From the NCBI GenBank assembly GCA_027018875.1, contig JALUYA010000003.1:13665-77664 (forward strand): 64,000 nucleotides of DNA. The letters run 5' to 3'. The position numbers and the translations under genes were made by a program. The DNA is from Gammaproteobacteria bacterium (GTDB lineage: Bacteria > Pseudomonadota > Gammaproteobacteria > JAKDMP01). The notes beneath the pieces are model-generated. The model ran no database searches, had not been told where the DNA came from, and saw only the letters and a list, made by a program, of their open reading frames with translations. Positions 10,643 through 21,042 of the stretch are shown here, piece by piece; within the stretch, counting starts at the first letter, position 1; the number at the start of each line of letters is the position of its first letter.

Positions 10643-11004
10643 ATCGTTTCCCCAAAAGCGTTCCGAATCCACTCGATATCCTCTTCCGGCCCTATCGCCA
10701 CTACATCGATCCGCAGCGCTCGTCCGTCGGCCCCCGGTGTCGCGGCGACGTAGAGCCGCACGGCTCGCTCGATCCGGGCGCGTTTCGCGGCATTAACGCT
10801 TTCCAGCGCCCCCCCGTAGTCCGATCGACTACGATACCGCACCTCTACGAATACGAGGGTATCTCCCTCGCGCATCACCAAGTCAATCTCGCCGTAACGG
10901 TATCTGACGTTGCGCGCCACGAACTTTAATCCACGTGCCTTGAGCCAAGCCAAGGCACGGGATTCCGCCTCTGCGCCCCGGCGCATCGCCGGGGTAACCC
11001 TCAT
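10639..11004 (-). CDS. yraN: YraN family (UPF0102) endonuclease-like protein
   Basis: 121 aa; GAEAESRALAWLKARGLKFVARNVRYRYGEIDLVM...VFVEVRYR. Conserved position after lpoA. Confidence 0.85.
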   Translation of the reverse strand: MRVTPAMRRGAEAESRALAWLKARGLKFVARNVRYRYGEIDLVMREGDTLVFVEVRYRSRSDYGGALESVNAAKRARIERAVRLYVAATPGADGRALRIDVVAIGPEEDIEWIRNAFGETI

Positions 11005-12737
11005 CGCCTCTGATCCAGGAGCGGAATCATGTTGCCACCGGCATCGTATTCAGCCCAATCGAGGCGCCGACCGATAATCCGCTCCGCTCCCAAACTCAAT
11101 ACCCCGGTCACCCCGCGCACGGGCTGAGCCAGCGGCCGCGGGTAGTTGGCCAACAGCGGAACCAGCCGCCATGAATCATAGCCAAGCGCATACAGCCGGG
11201 CCATTCGGCTCCAGGCCTCGGGAAACAGCGTCTGAAACCGTTGCCGCAGGGTGGCGACCGGACCGTCCATGGCCGCGAACCACGGCATAATGGGAAATAC
11301 CACCCCGGCAAGGTCGGGGTGGGGGCCGCCCGGGCGGTAAATATTGGCCAGAGAATACACCGGCAAGCCCAGACCCTGATAGTAGGCGACCTGGGGACCG
11401 ATCAGCCGCGCCGTGGCGAATGGTGCAGCAAAAAAAAGAAATTGGATATCCTGCCGCCGCCGGGGGGAAAACCCCAGGGTCATCCCCAGCACGGTGCTGA
11501 GGCGTTGCTCCCGGGCGGTGCTTGCATCCAGCCCGAACAATGCCGACAAGGGCTGAGCAAAGCGTTCCGCCCCGGGGCGAAAGCGGGCCGTCACCAACAC
11601 CTGGCCTCCCGCCCGCTCCAATGTTTGCGCAAAGGCATCCCGCATGCGCTGCCCCCAAGCATTGTCGGGAATCAGAACAGCGGCACGCCTCAATCCCCGG
11701 GCCAGGGCGCGACGGGCCACGGCCCGGGATTCGGCGGCGGGACTCAATCCGAACTGATAAAAGCGATCGGGCGGCAATACACCGCCAAGATAATTCAGCG
11801 CCAATACCGGCGGCCGGTCTTGCACCTGCGCCACCCCTCGCACCCCAGGTGCGGTCAACGGCCCGAGAATAAATCCGGCACCCGCCCGCCGAGCCTTGTC
11901 CAATGCGGCGACGGCTCCGCTTGCGCTACCTTCGGTGTCATACACCTGCAGGGCCGGATGCGCCTCCCCCCCCTGGAAATAGGCCGCAAGAATACCGGCT
12001 TCCACCGCCCGGGCCTGCGAAGCATGAGGCCCGCTCAAGGGCAGAAGCAGGGCGACCACGGAAGGATATTTCGTCCGCTTCCGGGCGGCGGCGAGGATCT
12101 CGGCGAGCAACCCGGAATTTGCGGGGTGGTTGGGGTAGCTCTTGCGCCATGCGGACAAAGACTTACTGAACTCGGCAGGAGTCTCCCAGGAGGCCCGAAA
12201 AATTTTCGCCAGGGCCACCCATCCTCGCTCCTCCGGGGACAACCCCTTGAGAGACGGTAATTGCGCCACGTTGCTGAGGCCGTTCCAGATCAACCGGTCA
12301 TTGGCCAAAATCCGGTCCGGCGCCTGTAATAACCGCCCTCGCGCCACCAAGGCATGCAGCGCCGCGCGCGCCGCATCAAGGGCGAATTGTGCCCGCCCCT
12401 CGAGGGCCAGGTAGCGGATCCGTCCGGCTTCATCCGCCGCGGCGGGAGCCGCGGCCAGGGCCGCCAAGGCCGCTCGGGGGCGATCCAGTTCGAGCGCCAG
12501 CCGCGCCTTGAACAGCGCCGCGACGAAACGGATGTCCACAGGCAGGCCATTGATCTTCACCGGGGCCAGAATTCGCCAGGCCGCGGCCGGCTTGCCTGCC
12601 CGGTCGGCGGCCCGGGCGGCCTGGAACCGGGCCGGGGCACTCGCACCCGGGGGAGGCACTGCCCGCATCGCACACCCGCCAGCCAGTGCGAGAACCACCG
12701 CCAGTGTGAATATCCTGAGTGAAGGCCCCGCTTGCAT
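11001..12737 (-). CDS. lpoA: penicillin-binding protein activator LpoA (lipoprotein)
   Basis: ORF 11001..13241 trimmed to the ATG at 12737, giving lipobox LALAGGC. The longer form would overlap rsmI on the other strand. TPR-like N-terminus and periplasmic-binding-like C-terminus. Confidence 0.8.
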   Translation of the reverse strand: MQAGPSLRIFTLAVVLALAGGCAMRAVPPPGASAPARFQAARAADRAGKPAAAWRILAPVKINGLPVDIRFVAALFKARLALELDRPRAALAALAAAPAAADEAGRIRYLALEGRAQFALDAARAALHALVARGRLLQAPDRILANDRLIWNGLSNVAQLPSLKGLSPEERGWVALAKIFRASWETPAEFSKSLSAWRKSYPNHPANSGLLAEILAAARKRTKYPSVVALLLPLSGPHASQARAVEAGILAAYFQGGEAHPALQVYDTEGSASGAVAALDKARRAGAGFILGPLTAPGVRGVAQVQDRPPVLALNYLGGVLPPDRFYQFGLSPAAESRAVARRALARGLRRAAVLIPDNAWGQRMRDAFAQTLERAGGQVLVTARFRPGAERFAQPLSALFGLDASTAREQRLSTVLGMTLGFSPRRRQDIQFLFFAAPFATARLIGPQVAYYQGLGLPVYSLANIYRPGGPHPDLAGVVFPIMPWFAAMDGPVATLRQRFQTLFPEAWSRMARLYALGYDSWRLVPLLANYPRPLAQPVRGVTGVLSLGAERIIGRRLDWAEYDAGGNMIPLLDQRR

Positions 12738-12795
12738 AAGTGGCTTCAAATGCAGAGGATAATCCCGAGTACTCCCATTGCGACGGACTGCAATC

Positions 12796-13656
12796 ATGTC
12801 AATTTCTCCCGGCACCCTGTACGTGGTGGCGACACCGATCGGCAACCTGGACGACTTCAGCCTCCGGGCCCGGCGGATCCTCTCCACCGTGGACTTCATT
12901 GCCGCCGAGGATACACGCCACAGTAGCATCTTGCTCAAGGCCTTCGACATTACCGGAAAAGAACGCATTTCGTTGCATGAACACAACGAGGCCGAGCATT
13001 CGCAGCGGATCGTCGCCCGGCTCCTTGCCGGCGAAACCGGGGCGCTGATTTCCGATGCGGGCACCCCGCTGGTGAGCGATCCGGGCTTCCGGCTGGTGCG
13101 CGCCGTGCAGGCGGAAAATCTTGCGCTGAGCCCAATTCCCGGGGCCTCGGCCGTGACTGCGGCCTTGTCGGTGGCCGGGATGGCAACCGATCGATTCGCC
13201 TTCGAAGGCTTTCTCCCCGCCCGTGCCACGGCTCGGCGCAAGCGCCTTGCGGCGCTCGCCGAGGAAGCCCGAACCCTGGTTTTTTACGAGGCCCCCCATC
13301 GCCTCGTCGCCCTGCTCAGCGACTGCGTGGAACTGTTTGGCGGCGATCGGGAAGCCGCACTGGCCCGGGAGCTGACCAAGATCCACGAATCGATCCGCCG
13401 CGCCCCGCTCGAGAAAATCCTGCATCGGCTCACCAGCGGCGAGGAACCGGCGCGGGGCGAGTGTGTGGTGCTGATCGCGGGCGCCCCCGAGCGCGCCTCC
13501 GGGTACAGCACCGAGCCCCTTTTGAAAGCACTCCTGGCCGAAGGGCTTTCCCCTTCGGTCTCGGCAGGCATCGCCAGGCGCTTGAGCCGGCAACCGCATC
13601 GGCGACTGTACCGCCGCGCGCTCGAGCTGTCCCGGGAACTCAGGCAAGGCGAGTAA
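12796..13656 (+). CDS. rsmI: 16S rRNA (cytidine1402-2'-O)-methyltransferase
   Basis: [20 protein letters not shown]...AAEDTRHS motif. Divergent from lpoA as in enterics. Confidence 0.9.
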   Translation: MSISPGTLYVVATPIGNLDDFSLRARRILSTVDFIAAEDTRHSSILLKAFDITGKERISLHEHNEAEHSQRIVARLLAGETGALISDAGTPLVSDPGFRLVRAVQAENLALSPIPGASAVTAALSVAGMATDRFAFEGFLPARATARRKRLAALAEEARTLVFYEAPHRLVALLSDCVELFGGDREAALARELTKIHESIRRAPLEKILHRLTSGEEPARGECVVLIAGAPERASGYSTEPLLKALLAEGLSPSVSAGIARRLSRQPHRRLYRRALELSRELRQGE

Positions 13657-14908
13657 AAACCCGCTCGGCGGCGGTGAGCGTCGCGTCGAGATCGGCCCCG
13701 GTGTGGGCGCCCGAGACGAAGGCCGCTTCAAAGGCCGAAGGCGCAAGATACACCCCCGCTTCCAGCATGGCGTGAAAGTAGCTCGCATAGCGTGCGGCGT
13801 CGGCCGCGACCACGTCGGCATGGCAGTGAACCGGATTGGCGGTGAAAAACACCGAGAACATGCCACAGACCTGGTTGATGGTGAGCGCCACCCCGGCCCG
13901 CTTCGCCGCCGCGGCCAGTCCCATAGCCAAACGCCGGGTCGCCGCTTCCAAGCGGGAATAGAACCCGGGTTCGGTCGTGAGCTCCAGGGCCGCCAACCCG
14001 GCGGCCATGGCCAGCGGGTTACCCGAGAGCGTACCCGCCTGGTAAACCGGCCCGGTGGGTGCCAGCAGATCCATCAACTCGGCCCGGCCGCCAAAGGCGG
14101 CGGCCGGCAGGCCCCCACCGATGATCTTGCCGAGGGTGGTCAGGTCCGGGCGCAACCCGAACAACCCCTGCGCCCCGCCCGGAGCAACCCGGAATCCGCT
14201 CATCACCTCGTCAAAGATCACCAGGGCGCCGGCCTGGTGCGCGGCCTCGAGCAGACCCTCCAGGAACCCGGGCAGCGCCGGCACACAACCCATGTTCCCC
14301 GCCACCGGCTCGACGATGATCCCGGCAATATCATCCCCCTGCGCGGCAAATACCCGGCGCACGGCATCCAGGTCGTTATACGGCAACGTCAACGTAAGCC
14401 GCGCCAGCTCGGCGGGCACCCCGGGGGAAGAGGGAACGCCGAAGGTAAGGGCACCGGAGCCGGCCGCGACCAAGAGCGAGTCGGAATGGCCGTGGTACCC
14501 ACCGGTGAACTTGATGATCCGCTCGCGCCCGGTCGCCGCACGGATCAACCGGATCGCGCTCATTGTCGCCTCGGTACCGGAATTGACGAAACGTAGGCGC
14601 TCGATCGCGGGAAACCGCTCGATTACCGCCTCGGCAAGCAACGTCTCGGCCTCGCAGGGAGCCCCAAAAGAGGTGCCCCGGGCCGCGGCTTCGCGGATCG
14701 CCTCGATGATACGGGGGTGGGCGTGGCCGGCGATCATCGGCCCCCAGGAACCCACGTAATCGATATAGCGCCGCCCCTCGATATCGTAGAGTCGGGCGCC
14801 CTCGGCGCGGGCGATGAATACCGGATCTCCACCCACCGCGCCGAAGGCGCGCACCGGAGAATCCACGCCTCCGGCAAGTACCCGCTTGGCCCGTTCGAAT
14901 GCAGACAT
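13640..14908 (-). CDS. hemL: glutamate-1-semialdehyde 2,1-aminomutase
   Basis: Start at the ATG at 14908 ([22 protein letters not shown]...). Near-colinear with E. coli HemL motifs ([25 protein letters not shown]). Confidence 0.95.
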   Translation of the reverse strand: MSAFERAKRVLAGGVDSPVRAFGAVGGDPVFIARAEGARLYDIEGRRYIDYVGSWGPMIAGHAHPRIIEAIREAAARGTSFGAPCEAETLLAEAVIERFPAIERLRFVNSGTEATMSAIRLIRAATGRERIIKFTGGYHGHSDSLLVAAGSGALTFGVPSSPGVPAELARLTLTLPYNDLDAVRRVFAAQGDDIAGIIVEPVAGNMGCVPALPGFLEGLLEAAHQAGALVIFDEVMSGFRVAPGGAQGLFGLRPDLTTLGKIIGGGLPAAAFGGRAELMDLLAPTGPVYQAGTLSGNPLAMAAGLAALELTTEPGFYSRLEAATRRLAMGLAAAAKRAGVALTINQVCGMFSVFFTANPVHCHADVVAADAARYASYFHAMLEAGVYLAPSAFEAAFVSGAHTGADLDATLTAAERVFTRLA

Positions 14909-14937
14909 TATTGGATCCCCTGCTGAATCTATAAAGT

Positions 14938-15582
14938 CTAACTCCCCGGCCCGGCATCGCGCCGGGGTGCGGCGCAAAGCCCTACCAGCGATCTGGCCGT
15001 GGCCTCGATATCGCCGGCGGAGAATAGGGCGGAGACCACGGCCGGCAAATCGACTCCCGCGGCCAGCACCGCGGAGATATTCTCCAGGCGAATGCCTCCG
15101 ATGGCGCAGATCGGCACCGCCAGCTCGCCCCGCGCCTGCCGAATCCGCTCCAGCGAGACACGCCGGGCATGGGGTTTGGTCGGGGAGGGGAACACGCTGC
15201 CGAAAGCGACATAATCGGCTCCCGCGGCGACCGCCGCGCGGGCCCGGGCCAGGCTGTCGTAGCAAGACACTCCAATCACCGCGGCCGCCCCCAGCAATTC
15301 CCGCGCCAGAGTCGGATCAAGATCTTCGCGCCCGAGATGAACCCCATCGGCTTCGACCGCGGCCGCAAGCCGGGCATCGTCGTTGATAAGCAGGAGTGCC
15401 CCGTAATTATGCACCAGGCGGCACAATCCGCGGGCTTCGGCTTCGCGCCGCCCCTGGCCGGCCCGCTTGTCGCGATATTGCACCAGCCGAACCCCTCCTC
15501 GCAGTGCGGCCTCGGTCGCGGCGAACAGTTCCCTGCCGCAACGGGCATCGGTAATTGCGTAGAGCCCGGCAAGCCGCCTCAT
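14938..15582 (-). CDS. thiE: thiamine-phosphate synthase
   Basis: ATG at 15582 ([12 protein letters not shown]...). ATGA overlap with thiD. TMP-TENI fold motifs. Confidence 0.9.
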   Translation of the reverse strand: MRRLAGLYAITDARCGRELFAATEAALRGGVRLVQYRDKRAGQGRREAEARGLCRLVHNYGALLLINDDARLAAAVEADGVHLGREDLDPTLARELLGAAAVIGVSCYDSLARARAAVAAGADYVAFGSVFPSPTKPHARRVSLERIRQARGELAVPICAIGGIRLENISAVLAAGVDLPAVVSALFSAGDIEATARSLVGLCAAPRRDAGPGS

Positions 15583-16334
15583 CCCCAACGCCCCGGCAGG
15601 GCCTGGCCACGGCCGGGGGAAAAGGCCCGGGCAAGGCTTTGTTGAACGAAACGCTCGGCGACGGCGAGGGCCTCCTCGATCCCCATACCCAAGGCAAGCG
15701 CAGCGGCGATCGCGCTCGCCAGGGTGCACCCGGTGCCGTGAAACTGTCCCTCCCGGCGCGGTCCCACATCGATCTCGCGCCGCGAACCGGCGCCGCCGTA
15801 GAGCCACTGAACAACCCGATCTCCCGGCGCATCACCACCGGTCACTAGGCACCAACCAAGGCCCTGCTCCCGCCACCGTTCCAGTGCCGCCTCCCCTCCC
15901 AGTTGCTCGAATTCCTCACGATTGGGTGTCGCAACCAGGCTTCTCGGGATGAGTTTCTCCCGGTAGATCTGCACCAACCCCGCAGCAGTCAGCCGCCCGC
16001 CGCCCGTGGCGCCCAGCACCGGGTCGGTGATAAGAAGTAAATCCGCATGTCGCTCCAGAAACTCTACAACGGCACGGCCATTCTCGGCGCTGCCCAGTGC
16101 TCCCAGCTTGACCGCGGCAACCCGGCAATCGTTGAGCACGGCCTCGGCTTGATCCAGCAGCAACTCCGACCCGACCGGCTCCGCGCGCCACAGACGCCGG
16201 GTATCCTGAACCGTAATCAGGCTGAGTACCGGCGCCGGATGCGCACCGAGAGCGCTCAGCGTCTGAATATCAGCCGTAAGCCCGGCTCCCCCCGAGGGAT
16301 CCAGTCCGCCGATCACGAGTACGGTTGGGCGCAT
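15579..16334 (-). CDS. thiD: hydroxymethylpyrimidine/phosphomethylpyrimidine kinase
   Basis: [22 protein letters not shown]-terminus, [12 protein letters not shown] near the C-terminus. Confidence 0.9.
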   Translation of the reverse strand: MRPTVLVIGGLDPSGGAGLTADIQTLSALGAHPAPVLSLITVQDTRRLWRAEPVGSELLLDQAEAVLNDCRVAAVKLGALGSAENGRAVVEFLERHADLLLITDPVLGATGGGRLTAAGLVQIYREKLIPRSLVATPNREEFEQLGGEAALERWREQGLGWCLVTGGDAPGDRVVQWLYGGAGSRREIDVGPRREGQFHGTGCTLASAIAAALALGMGIEEALAVAERFVQQSLARAFSPGRGQALPGRWG

Positions 16335-16389
16335 CAGGCGGCGCTCATGCGAAAATGGTATCTTGCTTCATACACGGAGGATCACCTTA

Positions 16390-16560
16390 ATGGCCTATAA
16401 AAAGTATATCTGCGTCGTCTGTGGCTATATCTATGATGAAGCGAAAGGGGATCCCGAAGCCGGGCTGAGCGCGGGAACCCGCTGGAGTGAGGTGCCGCTC
16501 GCCTGGGTCTGCCCGGACTGTGGCGTTCCCAAGCAAGACTTTGAAATGATGGAATTTTAA
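16390..16560 (+). CDS. rubredoxin
   Basis: 56 aa from the ATG at 16390. Two CxxCG knuckles (CVVCG, CPDCG). GGAGGA RBS upstream. Confidence 0.9.
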   Translation: MAYKKYICVVCGYIYDEAKGDPEAGLSAGTRWSEVPLAWVCPDCGVPKQDFEMMEF

Positions 16561-16690
16561 CCCGAATTGCTTGACCAAACCGGCATGGCTCCAAATCGTG
16601 ATCCGCCCTAGAAGATCCGCCGGGGCAATTATTCGAATCTGGCCGCAATATATAACCCGATGATATTATTACCAATATCCATCTATACGG

Positions 16691-16696
16691 TATAAT
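16691..16696 (+). promoter_or_regulatory. candidate -10 element (TATAAT) about 275 nt upstream of the 16972 operon
   Basis: Perfect TATAAT in an AT-rich patch. No convincing -35, so weak support. Confidence 0.3.
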
Positions 16697-16971
16697 GCCA
16701 CTTGAGAATTAGCCCAAGAGGCATGCCGCCACATCCAGGTTCTGGAACGACGGCATCTTTCGGGTGACGAATCCGCTGATCCTGCCGAAGGCCTCGCCTA
16801 CGCTGGGCAATCCGGGTACGGCAATCGCTCCATTGCCGCTTTACGGGCTGGGAAAACACGGTTTGGTCACCACCGGACTCATCCGGCCACCAACGGTAAT
16901 CGTCGCCGAAAGGCGGTCTGGCATTCTGCACCGAATAAAGTAACGGATTTAAAATTTCTTGGGAGAACATA

Positions 16972-18792
16972 ATGGTCGTTTCAAAGCAAATCAGAAAGGT
17001 TGTCGTATTTGGCGGGGGCGGCCTGGTCGGCTACCAGATATGCCGCTTGATGGCCCGTGAGGTCAAACCGGATTTCATCGTGGTTTGCACCCTGCTGAAA
17101 AGCGAGGCCGAGGCAACAGTCGCCCGCCTCGAGGCGGAATTCGAAGGCTCCCGCACCCGGTTTATCGGCGAATACGGAAACCTGTTCGTTCGCGAAGAAT
17201 ATACTCATCTCTCCAAAAGAGATATCCAGGGCGACAGTCAAACCCTGGACACGATTTATGCCGATGTCTTCGGCCGGCTCACCGAGGAGCCGGAAAATAT
17301 CGCCACCCGTGGCCTGATGCCCAAGATAATCCTTACTTACAAGCCGGATGCAATCGTTGATTGTGTCAACACGGCGACCGCCATCAGTTACCAGGATGTT
17401 AAAAGCAGCTCCAAGGTCGTAAAGGAATTCCGCGATGCCCTGGCCGATATACTCGGCACGGACATCTCCGGTGTCATCGCCAAGGCCAAGGCCGGTGATC
17501 CTCAGGGCATTGCGCAGTTGTGCGATTTCGCCGCCAGAATAAACCATCTCAGCAAGGCGCCGATCGAGAGTTTTCCCTACCTGGATAACCTGAAAATGAT
17601 CGACCTGCTGCTCATTTCGCAGGCCGTACCGCAACTGGTACGCCACGTCACCCTGTTGTACCAGGCCATGCTTAAAGCAAAAACCCATATTTATATAAAA
17701 GTAGGTACTACCGGAACCGGCGGCATGGGCATAAATATTCCCTTTACCCACGGTGAGGACAAACCCAGTTTTACGCTGATGGCAAAATCCAGTGTCGGTT
17801 TCGCCCACACGGGATTGCTGTTTTTGCTGGCCCGTTCGCCGGGACCCATTATCAAGGAGATCAAGCCCGGCGCCATGATCGGATACAAGCGGATTGTTTA
17901 CAAGGATATCTCCAAGTTTCACACGCCGGTCATCCTGACCGAGCCAAAAAAGGAAACCCTGGGAACCCGCATCAGCGTGCGCGAGGATATCAGCCAATAC
18001 AGGCAGAATGGCCACCTTTCCCTGGTTGGTATCGATACCGGGGAAAACGGATTTTTTTCCCGCGGCGAGTACGAGGCCATTACCTACATGGGCTCCATGG
18101 AATTTGTCACCCCGGAAGAGATCGCCCGCAACGTTTTATTTGAAATCGCCGGTTCCAACACCGGTAAGGATATCATCGCCGCAATCGACGGGGCGATCAT
18201 GGACCCCAGTTACCGAGCCGGCCTTATCCGCCAGGCGGCCATTGATGAAATGCTGCAAAAAGAGAAAAAACACGGTATCCCCAGCATTGCCATCGGTGAG
18301 CTGGGACCACCTCAACTCTCCAAATTATTGTATGAAACCCATCTCTTGCAATCGGTATATCCCGATTTGAACGAATGGGCGGATGCGGCCAACACTCCCG
18401 AGCAGATGGCGGCGGCTTTGCTGAGAAAACTGGATGAATCTGCAATCAAGGCGGTAATCACCTCCCTGGGACTGGCTATCCTTTTGCCCGACGGGAAGAG
18501 CATCTACCGCGGCTCCACCCTGTTCATTCCGGAATCCAAGGTACACAAAATCGTTGATATACATGCCGGTGATGTGGACGCCTGGGCTCATCATGGCTGG
18601 ATCGATCTACGGCCATCCAACATGCGGGTATGGAAAGATCGCGCCGGCAAAATGCTGGCTTCCGGTCACCAAAAATATGCGGAAGGTTCCGCCGCCGTTG
18701 GGCCACAATATTATTCATCCAGTAATATTCGCACGGGAGAAGTAGTCGGCTGGATACTCAGTACCGAGTTCGAAGGCTCCCGCAGAAAATAA
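16972..18792 (+). CDS. hypothetical NAD(P)-binding (Rossmann-type) protein, family not recognised
   Basis: GGGAGA RBS then the ATG at 16972. VVVFGGGGLVGYQICRL dinucleotide-binding motif. Second Gly-rich block VGTTGTGGMGINIPFTHGE. No signal peptide, TM segment or Cys cluster. Confidence 0.8.
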   Translation: MVVSKQIRKVVVFGGGGLVGYQICRLMAREVKPDFIVVCTLLKSEAEATVARLEAEFEGSRTRFIGEYGNLFVREEYTHLSKRDIQGDSQTLDTIYADVFGRLTEEPENIATRGLMPKIILTYKPDAIVDCVNTATAISYQDVKSSSKVVKEFRDALADILGTDISGVIAKAKAGDPQGIAQLCDFAARINHLSKAPIESFPYLDNLKMIDLLLISQAVPQLVRHVTLLYQAMLKAKTHIYIKVGTTGTGGMGINIPFTHGEDKPSFTLMAKSSVGFAHTGLLFLLARSPGPIIKEIKPGAMIGYKRIVYKDISKFHTPVILTEPKKETLGTRISVREDISQYRQNGHLSLVGIDTGENGFFSRGEYEAITYMGSMEFVTPEEIARNVLFEIAGSNTGKDIIAAIDGAIMDPSYRAGLIRQAAIDEMLQKEKKHGIPSIAIGELGPPQLSKLLYETHLLQSVYPDLNEWADAANTPEQMAAALLRKLDESAIKAVITSLGLAILLPDGKSIYRGSTLFIPESKVHKIVDIHAGDVDAWAHHGWIDLRPSNMRVWKDRAGKMLASGHQKYAEGSAAVGPQYYSSSNIRTGEVVGWILSTEFEGSRRK

Positions 18793-18803
18793 ACGAGGTC
18801 ATC

Positions 18804-20465
18804 GTGAAAAAGAGCATTCTGTTATCGGGCAACGAAGCCTTGGCCCGTGCGGCCTGTGACGCGGGGGTAAAGGCCTTTTATGGCTATCCCGGAACGCCTT
18901 CCACCGAAGTTTTCGAAACGGGCGCACGCCATATCGCGAAACTGGATGATGGGCGGGCCGCCGAGTGGGCCGCCAACGAAAAGGTCGCCTATGAATTTGC
19001 CCTGGGTACCAGTTACACCGGCTACAGGGCCGTAGTCACCATGAAGCACGTTGGTCTGAATGTGGCAATGGACGCCTTTGTAAACTCGGCCCTCACCGGC
19101 ATACAAGGTGGGGTCGTAGTCGCCGTAGCCGATGACCCGGGCATGCATAGCAGCCAGAACGAGCAAGATACCCGTTTTTTGGCGGACTTTGCCAATATCC
19201 CCTTATTGGAGCCAAGCAGCCCGCAGGAAGTGTATGATTTCACCCGCGAAGCATTCGAACTTTCCGAGCGCGAACAACTGCCCGTGGTAATGCGCATGGT
19301 TACCCGCCTTTCCCACTCGCGAGGGCCGGTCCAGCCCGCGGCCACAACCCTGGCGCCTACCTCCATCGGGCTGCCGGGCGGCGAAGATAAAAACCACTGG
19401 ATGCTCATCCCCTCCTATGCCCGAAAGCGTTACCGCAGCCTGCGCGACAAACTCCCCGAGCTGGTCTCCAACGTGGGCAAACATAACCGGTTGACGCTGC
19501 ACCGCGGTTCCAGAACCGGGGTGGTAACGGCCGGGATGGGCCGCGCCTATTTTGAGCAGTATCTCCAAGACAATCGCATTCCCCCGGAAAAATATAACCG
19601 CTTGGAAATCAGCGGCTATCCTATCGATCCGCAACAGCTCGAAGCGTTGGTCCGCGCTTGTGAAACCATCTATATTTTCGAGGAAAACTACCCTTATCTC
19701 GAAGACAAGGCCATACCCTACGGCAAGGGAGTTTGCACCATTCATGGCCGCCGGGACCAGACCCTGGACATCGACGGTGAGCTGAGCATCGCCAAGCTGC
19801 GGGAAGCCCTGGAAGGGCGCACCGTGCGGGGCAAAGTTGATGCCACGATGATGGCCGAGATCTCCGGGTTAATCCAAGTTCGCCCGCCTAAACTATGCGT
19901 CGGCTGCGGGCACACCGATGCTTTCCGGGCCATCACCACCGCCCTGGAAAATCTCGGCATCGAGGACCATCGGATTTTTGGGGATATCGGTTGTTATTCC
20001 CTCGGGATTCTTCCTCCATTAAGCGGAATGAATACCGTGGTGGAAATGGGGGCCTCCCTATCCATGGCCCTTGGAGCAGCCATGGCCGGGATGAGTCCCA
20101 GCGTCGGTGTTATCGGTGATTCCACCTTTTTCCATTCCGGGATGACCACCCTGCTTTCGGCCGCTAAATCCCACTTGAATTTAAACCTGGTCATCCTGGA
20201 CAATTCCATCGTCGCCATGACCGGTCAGCAACTTCCCGTGGCCGCCGATATCGCCCCCGTGCTGGCCCGCGCGATCGGGTTCGGTCCGGATCAAATCCAT
20301 ACACTGGCACCACTGCCGAAACAAACAGCCGCCAATATCGAGAAACTGGAAAAGATCTTTTCCGAGGAAAGGCCCAGCCTGATCATCTTTAAACGCAAAT
20401 GCATCCAGGCTATCCGCCGCAAGGTTTACCCCGCCTCGAAAAAGCAGGAGATCCAGGATGCGTAG
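18804..20465 (+). CDS. indolepyruvate/2-oxoacid:ferredoxin oxidoreductase alpha subunit (IorA-like), lacking a ferredoxin domain
   Basis: GTG start 11 nt after the previous stop, with a GAGG RBS. POR N-terminal motif YGYPGTPSTE. ThDP region LCVGCGH...GDSTFFHSG. No CxxCxxCxxxCP motif present. Confidence 0.85.
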   Translation: MKKSILLSGNEALARAACDAGVKAFYGYPGTPSTEVFETGARHIAKLDDGRAAEWAANEKVAYEFALGTSYTGYRAVVTMKHVGLNVAMDAFVNSALTGIQGGVVVAVADDPGMHSSQNEQDTRFLADFANIPLLEPSSPQEVYDFTREAFELSEREQLPVVMRMVTRLSHSRGPVQPAATTLAPTSIGLPGGEDKNHWMLIPSYARKRYRSLRDKLPELVSNVGKHNRLTLHRGSRTGVVTAGMGRAYFEQYLQDNRIPPEKYNRLEISGYPIDPQQLEALVRACETIYIFEENYPYLEDKAIPYGKGVCTIHGRRDQTLDIDGELSIAKLREALEGRTVRGKVDATMMAEISGLIQVRPPKLCVGCGHTDAFRAITTALENLGIEDHRIFGDIGCYSLGILPPLSGMNTVVEMGASLSMALGAAMAGMSPSVGVIGDSTFFHSGMTTLLSAAKSHLNLNLVILDNSIVAMTGQQLPVAADIAPVLARAIGFGPDQIHTLAPLPKQTAANIEKLEKIFSEERPSLIIFKRKCIQAIRRKVYPASKKQEIQDA

Positions 20466-21042
20466 CCCCACTACCTTTGGTGTGATCGTGGCCGGCGTAG
20501 GAGGACAGGGCGCCATAACCATCGCCCAATTGATATTGGCCGCGGCCTGGATGGGCGGCCTGCACGCCATGCAATCCGAAGTGCATGGGATGAGCCAGCG
20601 CGGGGGGGAAGTAAACGCCCAGGTCCTTTTCAGTAACGCCGGGATCCGCTCGCCCATCATCGAAGCCGGCACCGCAGACTTGCTGATCGGCCTGGAACCA
20701 CTGGAAACCCTGCGCCATCTGCATTACCTGGGCCAGGCCGGCCATACCGTTACCGCATCGGAGCCACTGATCAATATGGACGCCTATCCCGAGCCGGAAA
20801 AATTGCTGGCCTTACTTCACAAGACGCCAAACGTAAAACTTATCGATACCAAAACGTTCGCCACTGAATTACACTTCACCCAGGCGGGAAATATGGTCCT
20901 GTTAGGCGCCGCCACTAATTTCATGCCTCTCGACGAGTCGGTCTGGACCAAGGCCATGCGAAAACGCTTCCACTCCAAGAGCGATAAGATCATCGAAAAA
21001 AACCTGGCCGCCTTGCGGCGCGGAAGAGAATTAACGGCCTGA
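20458..21042 (+). CDS. 2-oxoacid oxidoreductase beta subunit (IorB-like, POR gamma-type domain)
   Basis: 194 aa; GVGGQGAITIAQLI motif. 8-nt overlap upstream and TGATG overlap downstream. Confidence 0.85.
   Translation: MRSPTTFGVIVAGVGGQGAITIAQLILAAAWMGGLHAMQSEVHGMSQRGGEVNAQVLFSNAGIRSPIIEAGTADLLIGLEPLETLRHLHYLGQAGHTVTASEPLINMDAYPEPEKLLALLHKTPNVKLIDTKTFATELHFTQAGNMVLLGAATNFMPLDESVWTKAMRKRFHSKSDKIIEKNLAALRRGRELTA

Noticed and set aside
12738-13241. N-terminal extensions of ORF-track entries. Examples: lpoA to 13241, hemL to 15265, thiE to 15807, the ThDP enzyme to 39347, GMC to 41035, recQ from 26961, Rieske to 27271.
   Set aside because: The extensions have off-frame-like composition and often overlap neighbouring genes. 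Internal ATGs give canonical N-termini, signal peptides or ATGA coupling with the upstream stop.
12799-13866. Long alternative-frame or antisense ORFs inside well-supported genes. Examples: 12799..13866 (-), 405..1271 (+), 9493..10449 (+), 16981..18015 (-), 23397..24482 (+), 50404..51342 (-), 61354..63057 (+).
   Set aside because: They overlap genes with strong motif support. Their products are Arg/Pro/Gly/Ala-rich low-complexity strings typical of off-frame translation of GC-rich DNA. None shows a recognisable motif.
16723-16767. 14-codon upstream ORF (MPPHPGSGTTASFG) in the leader, as a possible leader peptide.
   Set aside because: The AAGAGG lies only 1 nt from the ATG. There is no run of regulatory codons and no obvious attenuator pairing tied to it.
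16840-16925. Partial resemblance to ZTP (ACCACCGG ... GGCGGTCTGGCA) or ThDP (CTTGAGA) riboswitch cores in the leader.
   Set aside because: Only fragments match. The conserved pseudoknot and stem arrangement I remember is absent, and the downstream genes do not fit either regulon.
16683-16970. 95-aa minus-strand ORF in the gap before the islet operon.
   Set aside because: Its start abuts the 16972 ATG, leaving no promoter space. No RBS and no recognisable motif. I treat the region as a leader instead.
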